Positions 1-9,349 of a stretch of 64,000 nt of DNA are shown here, in pieces (positions within the stretch are counted from its first letter, which is position 1; each line of letters starts with the position of its first letter). This stretch comes from Escherichia coli. GTDB lineage: Bacteria; Pseudomonadota; Gammaproteobacteria; Enterobacterales; Enterobacteriaceae. Location: NCBI RefSeq assembly GCF_044324785.1, contig NZ_CP172127.1; one strand, given 5' to 3'. Below the pieces are notes generated by a model. It worked only from the letters and a program-made list of their open reading frames with translations, did not search any database and was not told where the DNA came from. Both the position numbers and the translations under genes were made by a program.

Positions 1-272
1 AGTAAGAGGGAGAAAATTAACGGTCAGTCCGCACGCTATAACCAAATTGTTCAGCTAAGAAAGAAAACCAGAGATGCTAATCGAAGGGTGAACACAACGG
101 CATTGTTATGTTTATTTATATAGTTAGTTTTATAGCTAAAATTGAAATTATAAAAATAAATAATGAATTAGCAGGAGCATCAACAGTAATATCTTAATCT
201 CTGGTCGATTTATGTAAAACCGACCAGTATTATCGATAAATTATCGTCTGACTTATTTTGCTTCGATAAAGC

Positions 273-617
273 TTACACCGCAGCCACAATCTTAATTTCA
301 ACTTTATACTTCGGGTTCATCAAACCCGCTTGTACCGTGCAGCGCACCGGCGCATGACCCGCGACAACCCAGGCATCCCACGCTTTATTCATCGCCGCGA
401 AGTCGTTTTTATCGGCCAGGAAAATGGTGGCATCCAGAATGCTCGATTTATTGCTGCCCTGTTTTTCCAGCACGGCGTCAATCTGCGCCAGCGTGTTGGC
501 GGTTTGCTCAAAGGCATCGGCGTCGAGGTTTTCCGGTACACCAGTGTAGTAGAGCGTGTTGTTGTGGATTACTACATCAGACCAGCGGGCTTCAGCATCG
601 ATACGAACGATAGTCAT
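273..617 (-). CDS. yoaB: RidA/YjgF-family protein YoaB
   Basis: Track ORF 273..665 trimmed to the tandem ATG at 615-620; product begins MTIVRIDAEAR (114 aa). Confidence 0.85.
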   Translation of the reverse strand: MTIVRIDAEARWSDVVIHNNTLYYTGVPENLDADAFEQTANTLAQIDAVLEKQGSNKSSILDATIFLADKNDFAAMNKAWDAWVVAGHAPVRCTVQAGLMNPKYKVEIKIVAAV

Positions 618-724
618 CATTTTGTCCTCATTATACTTCCATTTTCGTGCTGCAAAGACTGCCACAATGTGAGGTCGCCGTCACCACTTCAACTGGCGAA
701 AGCGCCCTCATCCTGACATAATCC

Positions 725-740
725 CTGTTCAAATCAACAG
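725..740. promoter_or_regulatory. LexA box (SOS operator) upstream of yoaA
   Basis: CTGTTCAAATCAACAG fits CTGT-N8-ACAG; sits 9 bp before the yoaA GTG start in the yoaB-yoaA divergent region. Confidence 0.6.
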
Positions 741-748
741 GGGGTAGT

Positions 749-2659
749 GTGACGGACGATTTTGCACCAGACGGTCAGCTGGCGAAAGCGATACCAGGCT
801 TTAAGCCGCGAGAACCACAGCGACAGATGGCGGTAGCCGTCACCCAGGCGATAGAAAAAGGCCAGCCGCTGGTGGTGGAAGCAGGAACCGGTACGGGCAA
901 AACCTACGCTTACCTGGCCCCTGCGCTGCGGGCGAAAAAGAAAGTCATTATCTCGACCGGCTCAAAAGCGTTGCAGGATCAGCTCTACAGCCGCGATTTG
1001 CCAACAGTCTCAAAGGCGTTGAAATATACGGGCAACGTGGCGTTGCTGAAAGGGCGCTCAAACTACCTCTGCCTCGAACGTCTCGAACAGCAGGCGCTGG
1101 CGGGCGGCGATCTGCCGGTACAAATCTTAAGCGATGTGATCCTGCTGCGCTCCTGGTCTAATCAAACAGTCGATGGTGATATCAGCACCTGCGTCAGCGT
1201 GGCGGAAGATTCACAGGCGTGGCCGCTGGTCACCAGCACCAACGACAACTGTCTTGGCAGCGACTGCCCGATGTATAAAGATTGCTTTGTGGTCAAAGCA
1301 CGTAAAAAAGCGATGGACGCCGATGTGGTGGTGGTAAACCATCATCTCTTTCTGGCGGATATGGTGGTTAAAGAGAGTGGATTTGGCGAGTTGATCCCGG
1401 AAGCGGACGTCATGATCTTCGACGAAGCCCATCAGCTACCGGACATTGCCAGCCAGTATTTTGGTCAGTCACTCTCCAGTCGACAACTGCTCGACCTGGC
1501 AAAAGACATCACCATCGCCTACCGCACCGAATTAAAAGACACCCAGCAGTTACAAAAGTGCGCTGATCGTCTTGCCCAGAGTGCGCAGGATTTTCGTCTG
1601 CAACTCGGTGAGCCAGGTTATCGCGGTAACCTGCGTGAGCTGTTAGCTAATCCGCAAATTCAGCGGGCATTTTTACTGCTCGATGACACCCTGGAACTTT
1701 GTTATGACGTGGCGAAACTGTCACTGGGGCGTTCCGCCTTGCTGGATGCGGCATTTGAGCGCGCCACGTTGTATCGCACACGGCTGAAGCGGCTAAAAGA
1801 GATCAATCAGCCGGGCTACAGCTACTGGTACGAATGCACTTCGCGCCATTTTACTCTGGCTCTCACGCCGCTCAGCGTGGCGGATAAATTCAAAGAGTTA
1901 ATGGCGCAAAAGCCCGGTAGCTGGATCTTCACCTCAGCAACGCTGTCGGTGAACGACGATCTGCATCATTTCACCTCGCGGCTTGGGATAGAACAGGCGG
2001 AGTCGTTGCTATTGCCAAGCCCGTTTGATTACAGCCGCCAGGCGTTACTCTGTGTGCCGCGCAACCTGCCGCAAACCAATCAACCGGGCTCCGCACGGCA
2101 ACTGGCGGCAATGTTGCGACCGATCATCGAAGCTAACAACGGTCGTTGTTTTATGCTTTGTACCTCGCACGCCATGATGCGCGATCTGGCCGAGCAGTTC
2201 CGCGCTACCATGACGCTTCCCGTTTTGTTGCAGGGGGAAACCAGCAAAGGGCAACTGTTGCAGCAATTTGTCAGTGCCGGTAATGCGCTTCTTGTGGCAA
2301 CCAGTAGTTTCTGGGAAGGGGTGGACGTGCGTGGCGATACATTGTCATTGGTAATTATCGACAAATTGCCGTTTACCTCGCCGGATGATCCACTGTTAAA
2401 AGCGCGCATGGAAGATTGTCGTTTGCGCGGTGGCGACCCGTTCGATGAAGTACAACTGCCGGATGCGGTGATTACTCTCAAGCAGGGAGTAGGGCGACTG
2501 ATTCGCGACGCCGACGATCGCGGCGTGCTGGTGATTTGCGATAATCGGCTGGTGATGCGCCCTTACGGCGCGACGTTTCTCGCCAGTCTGCCGCCCGCGC
2601 CGCGCACCCGTGACATTGCCCGTGCGGTTCGCTTCCTTGCGATACCATCCTCCAGGTAA
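749..2659 (+). CDS. yoaA: DinG/XPD-family ATP-dependent helicase YoaA
   Basis: 636-aa ORF with GTG start; Walker A AGTGTGKT, DEAH-type box DEAHQL, Cys-rich Fe-S motif CLGSDCPMYKDC. Confidence 0.9.
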   Translation: MTDDFAPDGQLAKAIPGFKPREPQRQMAVAVTQAIEKGQPLVVEAGTGTGKTYAYLAPALRAKKKVIISTGSKALQDQLYSRDLPTVSKALKYTGNVALLKGRSNYLCLERLEQQALAGGDLPVQILSDVILLRSWSNQTVDGDISTCVSVAEDSQAWPLVTSTNDNCLGSDCPMYKDCFVVKARKKAMDADVVVVNHHLFLADMVVKESGFGELIPEADVMIFDEAHQLPDIASQYFGQSLSSRQLLDLAKDITIAYRTELKDTQQLQKCADRLAQSAQDFRLQLGEPGYRGNLRELLANPQIQRAFLLLDDTLELCYDVAKLSLGRSALLDAAFERATLYRTRLKRLKEINQPGYSYWYECTSRHFTLALTPLSVADKFKELMAQKPGSWIFTSATLSVNDDLHHFTSRLGIEQAESLLLPSPFDYSRQALLCVPRNLPQTNQPGSARQLAAMLRPIIEANNGRCFMLCTSHAMMRDLAEQFRATMTLPVLLQGETSKGQLLQQFVSAGNALLVATSSFWEGVDVRGDTLSLVIIDKLPFTSPDDPLLKARMEDCRLRGGDPFDEVQLPDAVITLKQGVGRLIRDADDRGVLVICDNRLVMRPYGATFLASLPPAPRTRDIARAVRFLAIPSSR

Positions 2660-2716
2660 TTTGTTACGGAGTATGGTATGATGCGCGCCTTTTTATTGAT
2701 CTAAGCACGAAGACCC

Positions 2717-3412
2717 ATGCGAATTCTGGCTATCGATACCGCGACAGAGGCCTGCTCTGTCGCTCTGTGGAACGACGGCACTGTCAACGCTCATTTTGAG
2801 CTTTGCCCTCGTGAACATACTCAACGAATTTTACCGATGGTGCAGGATATCCTGACCACCAGCGGAACTTCCCTGACTGACATTAACGCTCTGGCTTACG
2901 GGCGCGGCCCCGGTAGCTTTACTGGCGTGCGCATTGGTATTGGCATCGCGCAAGGGCTGGCACTTGGCGCAGAGCTGCCGATGATTGGCGTCTCCACGCT
3001 AATGACGATGGCGCAAGGGGCGTGGCGCAAAAACGGCGCAACACGCGTGCTGGCAGCCATTGACGCGCGAATGGGCGAAGTTTACTGGGCCGAATATCAG
3101 CGTGATGAAAACGGTATCTGGCACGGTGAAGAAACCGAAGCCGTACTCAAACCTGAACTCGTTCATGAACGGATGCAACAGCTTTCCGGGGAATGGGTGA
3201 CGGTAGGTACAGGCTGGCAAGCCTGGCCGGATCTCGGTAAAGAGAGCGGGCTGGTTTTGCGCTACGGAGAAGTTTTACTGCCAGCGGCGGAAGATATGCT
3301 GCCGATTGCTTGTCAGATGTTTGCCGAGGGTAAAACGGTGGCGGTGGAACATGCCGAACCGGTTTATTTACGTAACAACGTCGCATGGAAGAAACTTCCG
3401 GGCAAAGAATGA
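2717..3412 (+). CDS. tsaB: tRNA t6A37 threonylcarbamoyltransferase partner TsaB (YeaZ)
   Basis: 231-aa ORF; N-terminus [17 protein letters not shown] typical of the Kae1/TsaB/YeaZ family. Confidence 0.9.
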   Translation: MRILAIDTATEACSVALWNDGTVNAHFELCPREHTQRILPMVQDILTTSGTSLTDINALAYGRGPGSFTGVRIGIGIAQGLALGAELPMIGVSTLMTMAQGAWRKNGATRVLAAIDARMGEVYWAEYQRDENGIWHGEETEAVLKPELVHERMQQLSGEWVTVGTGWQAWPDLGKESGLVLRYGEVLLPAAEDMLPIACQMFAEGKTVAVEHAEPVYLRNNVAWKKLPGKE

Positions 3413-3450
3413 ATCTTAAGAGTATGCCCTGAGAAAAAAGGAGTCGCATC

Positions 3451-4032
3451 ATGGCGGTTCAAAAGAATGTTATCAAAGGCATACTGGCAGGTACGTTTGC
3501 GCTAATGCTGAGCGGTTGTGTCACTGTGCCGGACGCCATTAAAGGCAGCAGTCCCACGCCGCAACAAGATTTAGTTCGGGTGATGAGTGCGCCGCAGCTG
3601 TACGTTGGTCAGGAGGCTCGCTTTGGCGGCAAAGTGGTTGCGGTACAAAACCAGCAAGGGAAAACCCGCCTGGAAATTGCTACCGTACCGCTGGACAGCG
3701 GTGCCAGACCGACGCTGGGAGAACCTTCTCGCGGGCGCATTTATGCCGATGTGAATGGTTTTCTTGATCCGGTCGATTTCCGTGGGCAGCTGGTGACAGT
3801 TGTCGGGCCAATCACCGGTACGGTTGACGGAAAAATCGGCAACACGCCCTATAAATTTATGGTGATGCAGGCAACAGGTTACAAACGTTGGCATTTAACC
3901 CAGCAGGTGATTATGCCGCCTCAGCCGATTGATCCATGGTTTTATGGCGGTCGTGGCTGGCCCTATGGCTACGGCGGATGGGGCTGGTATAATCCCGGCC
4001 CTGCGAGAGTACAAACAGTTGTAACTGAATAA
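3451..4032 (+). CDS. yeaY: Slp-family outer-membrane lipoprotein YeaY
   Basis: 193 aa; signal peptide ending in lipobox LSGC. Confidence 0.85.
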   Translation: MAVQKNVIKGILAGTFALMLSGCVTVPDAIKGSSPTPQQDLVRVMSAPQLYVGQEARFGGKVVAVQNQQGKTRLEIATVPLDSGARPTLGEPSRGRIYADVNGFLDPVDFRGQLVTVVGPITGTVDGKIGNTPYKFMVMQATGYKRWHLTQQVIMPPQPIDPWFYGGRGWPYGYGGWGWYNPGPARVQTVVTE

Positions 4033-4053
4033 TTGCTTGTTTTTAAAGAAAAA

Positions 4054-4078
4054 GAAACAGCGGCTGGTCCGCTGTTTC
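4054..4078. promoter_or_regulatory. FadR operator-like inverted repeat (distal site) and hairpin after yeaY
   Basis: GAAACAGCGG-CTGGT-CCGCTGTTTC is a perfect 10-bp inverted repeat containing CTGGTC; matches the distal fadD FadR site as I recall it. Confidence 0.5.
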
Positions 4079-4147
4079 TGCATTCTTACGGTAAAGATAA
4101 AAATAAATAGTGACGCGCTTCGCAACCTTTTCGTTGGGTAATTATCA

Positions 4148-4164
4148 AGCTGGTATGATGAGTT
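4148..4164. promoter_or_regulatory. FadR operator (proximal site) in fadD promoter
   Basis: AGCTGGTATGATGAGTT fits the FadR consensus AnCTGGTCnGAcnnGTT; about 70 bp before the fadD TTG start. Confidence 0.6.
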
Positions 4165-4236
4165 AATATTATGTTAACGGCATGTATATCATTTGGGGTT
4201 GCGATGACGACGAACACGCATTTTAGAGGTGAAGAA

Positions 4237-5922
4237 TTGAAGAAGGTTTGGCTTAACCGTTATCCCGCGGACGTTCCGACGGAGATCAACCCTGACCGTT
4301 ATCAATCTCTGGTAGATATGTTTGAGCAGTCGGTCGCGCGCTACGCCGATCAACCCGCGTTTGTGAATATGGGGGAGGTGATGACCTTCCGCAAACTGGA
4401 AGAACGCAGTCGCGCGTTTGCCGCTTATTTGCAACAAGGGTTGGGACTGAAGAAAGGCGATCGCGTTGCGTTGATGATGCCTAATTTATTGCAATATCCG
4501 GTGGCGCTGTTTGGCATTTTGCGTGCCGGGATGATTGTCGTAAACGTTAACCCGTTGTATACCCCGCGTGAACTTGAGCATCAGCTTAACGATAGCGGCG
4601 CATCGGCGATTGTTATCGTGTCTAACTTTGCCCACACTCTGGAAAAAGTGGTTGATAAAACCGCCGTTCAGCACGTAATTCTGACCCGTATGGGCGATCA
4701 GCTATCTACGGCAAAAGGCACGGTAGTCAATTTCGTTGTTAAATACATCAAGCGTCTGGTGCCGAAATACCATCTGCCAGATGCCATTTCATTTCGTAGC
4801 GCCCTGCACAACGGCTACCGGATGCAGTACGTCAAACCCGAACTGGTGCCGGAAGATTTAGCTTTCCTGCAATACACCGGCGGTACCACTGGTGTGGCGA
4901 AAGGCGCGATGCTGACTCACCGCAATATGCTGGCGAACCTGGAACAGGTTAACGCGACCTATGGTCCGCTGTTGCATCCGGGCAAAGAGCTGGTGGTGAC
5001 GGCGCTGCCGCTGTATCACATTTTTGCACTGACCATTAACTGCCTGCTGTTTATCGAACTGGGTGGGCAGAACCTGCTTATCACTAATCCGCGCGATATT
5101 CCAGGGTTGGTAAAAGAGTTAGCGAAATATCCGTTTACCGCTATCACTGGCGTTAACACCTTGTTCAATGCGTTGCTGAACAATAAAGAGTTCCAGCAGC
5201 TGGATTTCTCCAGTCTGCATCTTTCCGCAGGCGGAGGGATGCCTGTTCAGCAAGTGGTGGCAGAACGTTGGGTGAAACTGACTGGACAGTATCTGCTGGA
5301 AGGTTATGGCCTGACCGAGTGTGCGCCGCTGGTCAGCGTTAACCCGTATGATATTGATTATCATAGTGGTAGCATCGGTTTGCCGGTGCCATCGACGGAA
5401 GCCAAACTGGTGGATGACGACGACAACGAAGTACCACCGGGTCAACCGGGTGAGCTTTGTGTCAAAGGACCGCAGGTGATGCTGGGTTACTGGCAGCGTC
5501 CGGATGCTACCGATGAAATCATCAAAAATGGCTGGTTACACACCGGCGACATCGCGGTGATGGATGAAGAAGGATTCCTGCGCATTGTCGATCGTAAAAA
5601 AGACATGATTCTGGTTTCCGGTTTTAACGTCTATCCCAACGAGATTGAAGATGTCGTCATGCAGCATCCTGGCGTACAGGAAGTCGCGGCTGTTGGCGTA
5701 CCTTCCGGCTCCAGTGGTGAAGCGGTGAAAATCTTCGTAGTGAAAAAAGATCCATCGCTTACCGAAGAGTCACTGGTGACTTTTTGCCGCCGTCAGCTCA
5801 CGGGCTACAAAGTACCGAAGCTGGTGGAGTTTCGTGATGAGTTACCGAAATCTAACGTCGGAAAAATTTTGCGACGAGAATTACGTGACGAAGCGCGCGG
5901 CAAAGTGGACAATAAAGCCTGA
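4237..5922 (+). CDS. fadD: long-chain fatty-acid-CoA ligase FadD
   Basis: AMP-binding signature [12 protein letters not shown]; conserved N-terminus [14 protein letters not shown] starts at TTG 4237 after a GAGGTG RBS; track ORF extends upstream to ATG 4171. Confidence 0.9.
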
Positions 5923-5941
5923 GCGTTAAGTCAGTCGTCAG

Positions 5942-5967
5942 ACGCCGGTTAATCCGGCGTTTTTTTT
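5942..5967 (+). terminator. intrinsic terminator of fadD
   Basis: ACGCCGG-TTAAT-CCGGCGT stem-loop followed by T8, 20 bp after the fadD stop. Confidence 0.8.
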
Positions 5968-5991
5968 GACGCCCACTAAAGAGAATACAAT

Positions 5992-7119
5992 TTGAATTAC
6001 CAAATGATTACCACGGACGATGCGCTGGCTTCTTTGTGTGAAGCCGTCCGTGCCTTTCCGGCGATAGCCCTGGATACTGAATTTGTTCGTACGCGCACCT
6101 ATTACCCGCAACTGGGTCTAATTCAACTTTTTGATGGTGAGCATCTGGCGCTAATTGATCCTCTCGGGATCTCCGACTGGTCACCGCTGAAAGCGATCCT
6201 GCGCGATCCGTCCATCACAAAATTTCTCCATGCGGGCAGTGAAGATCTGGAAGTGTTCCTCAATGTCTTTGGCGAATTACCACAACCCTTGATTGACACG
6301 CAAATCCTTGCTGCCTTCTGCGGACGCCCGATGTCATGGGGTTTCGCTTCCATGGTGGAAGAGTATTCCGGCGTTACGCTGGACAAGAGTGAATCGCGCA
6401 CCGACTGGCTGGCCAGACCGCTGACCGAACGTCAGTGTGAATACGCAGCGGCGGATGTCTGGTATCTGTTACCGATCACCGCAAAGCTTATGGTAGAAAC
6501 GGAGGCCTCCGGCTGGCTACCTGCGGCGCTGGATGAATGCCGCCTGATGCAAATGCGTCGTCAGGAAGTCGTTGCACCGGAAGATGCCTGGCGTGATATT
6601 ACCAATGCCTGGCAGTTACGCACACGCCAACTGGCCTGTCTGCAACTGTTAGCCGACTGGCGACTGCGCAAGGCGCGGGAGCGCGATCTGGCGGTGAACT
6701 TTGTCGTGCGTGAAGAGCATTTGTGGTCGGTAGCGCGTTATATGCCGGGAAGTTTAGGCGAACTGGACAGCCTGGGCTTATCCGGTAGCGAAATCCGCTT
6801 TCACGGTAAAACGCTGCTGGCGCTGGTGGAAAAAGCGCAGACATTGCCGGAAGAGGCCTTACCGCAGCCGATGCTTAACCTGATGGACATGCCGGGTTAT
6901 CGTAAAGCGTTTAAAGCGATTAAGTCGTTGATTACTGACGTGAGCGAAACGCACAAGATCAGCGCCGAATTGCTGGCATCGCGTCGGCAAATCAACCAAC
7001 TGCTGAACTGGCACTGGAAACTGAAACCGCAGAACAATTTGCCGGAGCTGATTTCCGGCTGGCGTGGTGAGCTGATGGCGGAAGCATTACACAATTTATT
7101 GCAGGAATATCCGCAGTAA
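5992..7119 (+). CDS. rnd: ribonuclease D
   Basis: 375-aa ORF MNYQMITTDDALASL starting at TTG 5992 (non-ATG start is established for rnd). Confidence 0.9.
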   Translation: MNYQMITTDDALASLCEAVRAFPAIALDTEFVRTRTYYPQLGLIQLFDGEHLALIDPLGISDWSPLKAILRDPSITKFLHAGSEDLEVFLNVFGELPQPLIDTQILAAFCGRPMSWGFASMVEEYSGVTLDKSESRTDWLARPLTERQCEYAAADVWYLLPITAKLMVETEASGWLPAALDECRLMQMRRQEVVAPEDAWRDITNAWQLRTRQLACLQLLADWRLRKARERDLAVNFVVREEHLWSVARYMPGSLGELDSLGLSGSEIRFHGKTLLALVEKAQTLPEEALPQPMLNLMDMPGYRKAFKAIKSLITDVSETHKISAELLASRRQINQLLNWHWKLKPQNNLPELISGWRGELMAEALHNLLQEYPQ

Positions 7120-7125
7120 AATCTT

Positions 7126-7168
7126 CCGAAGCCGGACTGGGCGCGCTCAGCGCCACATCCGGCTTCGG
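7126..7168. terminator. long palindromic hairpin between convergent rnd and yeaX
   Basis: CCGAAGCCGGA...TCCGGCTTCGG 11-bp stem with an inner GGCGC/GCGCC stem; lies between the two stop codons. Confidence 0.5.
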
Positions 7169-7172
7169 CAAA

Positions 7173-8138
7173 CTACAAATCCAACACCAGGCGTTTACCC
7201 TTCGCGCGCGAACAACAGATCAACATACTTTGCTGGCTGGCACGCTCTTCATCGCTAAAATACTGATCCCGATGGTCAGCTTCACCTTCCAGTATTGCCG
7301 TTTCGCAGGTTCCGCATACCCCTTCACGACATAAACATTCCACTTTCGCTGCTTTATTATTTTCAATAACCTGCAAAATAGTCATCTCTTCCGGCACCAC
7401 ATACTCTTTACCGGAACGGGCAAGCACCAGGGTAAATGCATCGCCGGTTTTGTCTTCAATCGCAAATTGTTCAAAGTGCAGCGTATCGGCGGCGATGTCC
7501 AGACGCGCAGCTTCACTTCTTACCGCCTCATTTAGCGCTTCGGGGCCACAGGTATAAACATGTGTGCCAGGTTCGATATCCGCCAATAATCGCGCTAATT
7601 CCAGTCGTGTTCCGGTTGATGAATGATGCAAATGGACTTTCTCAGCCTGCGGATGCTGGACTAGCTCATCACGAAATGCGCAACTTTCTGGATTTCGTGA
7701 GCAGTAATGTAACTGCCAGTCGACGTCGCTGTATTGCATCTCTGCCAGGTGCGACAGGAAAGGGGTGATACCAATGCCTCCCGCGATAAACAGATGCTTT
7801 CTGGCCGAGGGAATTAGCGCAAACAGGTTATTAGGCGTTGAAATCGTTAACCGATCGCCCACTTTTACCTGCTGATGCAAAAAGCGGGAACCGCCGCGCG
7901 AGTTTTCCTCCAGCCGAACGGCAATCTGATAACAAGAGGTGTCATGCGGCGAACTCAGTAGTGAATACGCATTGCTGTACTCGTTATCACCATCGCTCAT
8001 CTGCACAATGACGTGACTTCCTCCGGTAAACGCAGGTAATGGTTTGCCATCGGTTGCCACCAGCGTGAAGCGTTTCACCTGTTCGGTAAGCGGTTCAATT
8101 TGGCTCACCTGTACTTCAAACATTTGATAGTCTGACAT
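7173..8138 (-). CDS. yeaX: reductase subunit of Rieske-type carnitine monooxygenase (CntB-like)
   Basis: 321 aa; C-terminal plant-type 2Fe-2S motif CREGVCGTCE. Confidence 0.85.
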   Translation of the reverse strand: MSDYQMFEVQVSQIEPLTEQVKRFTLVATDGKPLPAFTGGSHVIVQMSDGDNEYSNAYSLLSSPHDTSCYQIAVRLEENSRGGSRFLHQQVKVGDRLTISTPNNLFALIPSARKHLFIAGGIGITPFLSHLAEMQYSDVDWQLHYCSRNPESCAFRDELVQHPQAEKVHLHHSSTGTRLELARLLADIEPGTHVYTCGPEALNEAVRSEAARLDIAADTLHFEQFAIEDKTGDAFTLVLARSGKEYVVPEEMTILQVIENNKAAKVECLCREGVCGTCETAILEGEADHRDQYFSDEERASQQSMLICCSRAKGKRLVLDL

Positions 8139-8193
8139 TGCTGTACTCCATCAAAAATCAGCCCAGCGGCGGAAAATACCGCCGCCGATGTCA

Positions 8194-9318
8194 TTAGTCC
8201 TTAAACACCTGCGCCAGCAGATTATGGAAATGGGCGATACCATGTTCGGAAATTCCGCTACCGCTACTGTCGGCCATGATGCGCCCCTGACCACGATAGC
8301 CACGCGATTTCAGCCCTTTCTGTACGCTTTCAACCAGACGTAAATCTTCCGGACGGAACACATCGCGATACCACTCAATCAGCGATTTTTGCTCGTCGGT
8401 TAACTCTTCATTGGTGAAGTAAATATCGTAGTTTTGCAGGGTAGTTTCAGAATCCACCGGGAATTCATAAATGACCGTCATCATCCCTTTGATCGGGGTG
8501 ACGTTCAGCATCGTGCACGGCCACAGCCAGAAACCGTGGAATGCCGCATCCGTGCCCTCTTCGAATTTGAAAGACTGTTCGGACGGTTTGGCGAAACCGT
8601 ACTGCAGCGTCCAGTTACCGTGCATGGTGTGCCAGTAACGATCAACCTGAACGGAGTCGGAGAAACCTGGATGCGCCGGACCACAGTGATAGCACTCGAG
8701 ATAGTTATCGACAATGTTCTTCCAGTTGGCAGGCGTGCGGGTGGTAAAGCGGGCCGCCAGTTTCAGGTCGTGGACTTCCGGGCAGGCTTCCAGCACTTTC
8801 GCGCCCAGACCGGGTAACTGATCTTCTACGCTGGTGGCGTTGGGGTCCATGTTGATGAAGACGAATCCGGCATATTCTTCCAGACGCACCGGAACCAGTT
8901 GCGCTTTGTCGCTATCGAAATTGGCGACGTTTTCGCAGTTACGTGCATGGGCCAGATTGCCATCGAGTTTGAATGCCCATGCGTGATACGGGCAGGTAAT
9001 CACATTTTTTGCTTTTCCTTCACCGCTCAACAACTGATGACCACGGTGCGGACACACGTTATAGAACGCGCGCAAAACCTTATCACGACCGCGTACCAGC
9101 ACGATGCTTTCGCCAATGATCTCACGCGTCACATAATCATTGGCATTAGCCAGTTCGCTGCTGTGAGCGACGCAAATCCAGCTTTTGGCGAAGACGTTCT
9201 CTTTTTCGTGTTCAAAGGCGTTCTGATCGGTATAAAAACGGGCAGGAATGGTCCACGCCTCTTGCGGGTTAGCGCAAAAATTTTCGGGTAGTACAAAGTC
9301 AGGGCTCAGATTGCTCAT
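8194..9318 (-). CDS. yeaW: Rieske oxygenase subunit of carnitine monooxygenase (CntA-like)
   Basis: Rieske motif CPHRGHQ...CPYHAW; conserved start MSNLSPDFVLPE at ATG 9318; track ORF is upstream-extended. Confidence 0.85.
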   Translation of the reverse strand: MSNLSPDFVLPENFCANPQEAWTIPARFYTDQNAFEHEKENVFAKSWICVAHSSELANANDYVTREIIGESIVLVRGRDKVLRAFYNVCPHRGHQLLSGEGKAKNVITCPYHAWAFKLDGNLAHARNCENVANFDSDKAQLVPVRLEEYAGFVFINMDPNATSVEDQLPGLGAKVLEACPEVHDLKLAARFTTRTPANWKNIVDNYLECYHCGPAHPGFSDSVQVDRYWHTMHGNWTLQYGFAKPSEQSFKFEEGTDAAFHGFWLWPCTMLNVTPIKGMMTVIYEFPVDSETTLQNYDIYFTNEELTDEQKSLIEWYRDVFRPEDLRLVESVQKGLKSRGYRGQGRIMADSSGSGISEHGIAHFHNLLAQVFKD

Positions 9319-9349
9319 AGGGTTACCTTTATCGTTAGGATGATGGCGC

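Noticed and set aside
108-197. 29-aa ORF (MFIYIVSFIAKIEIIKINNELAGASTVIS) in the AT-rich leader at the window start
   Set aside because: It has no convincing Shine-Dalgarno sequence, and its composition just reflects AT-rich DNA.
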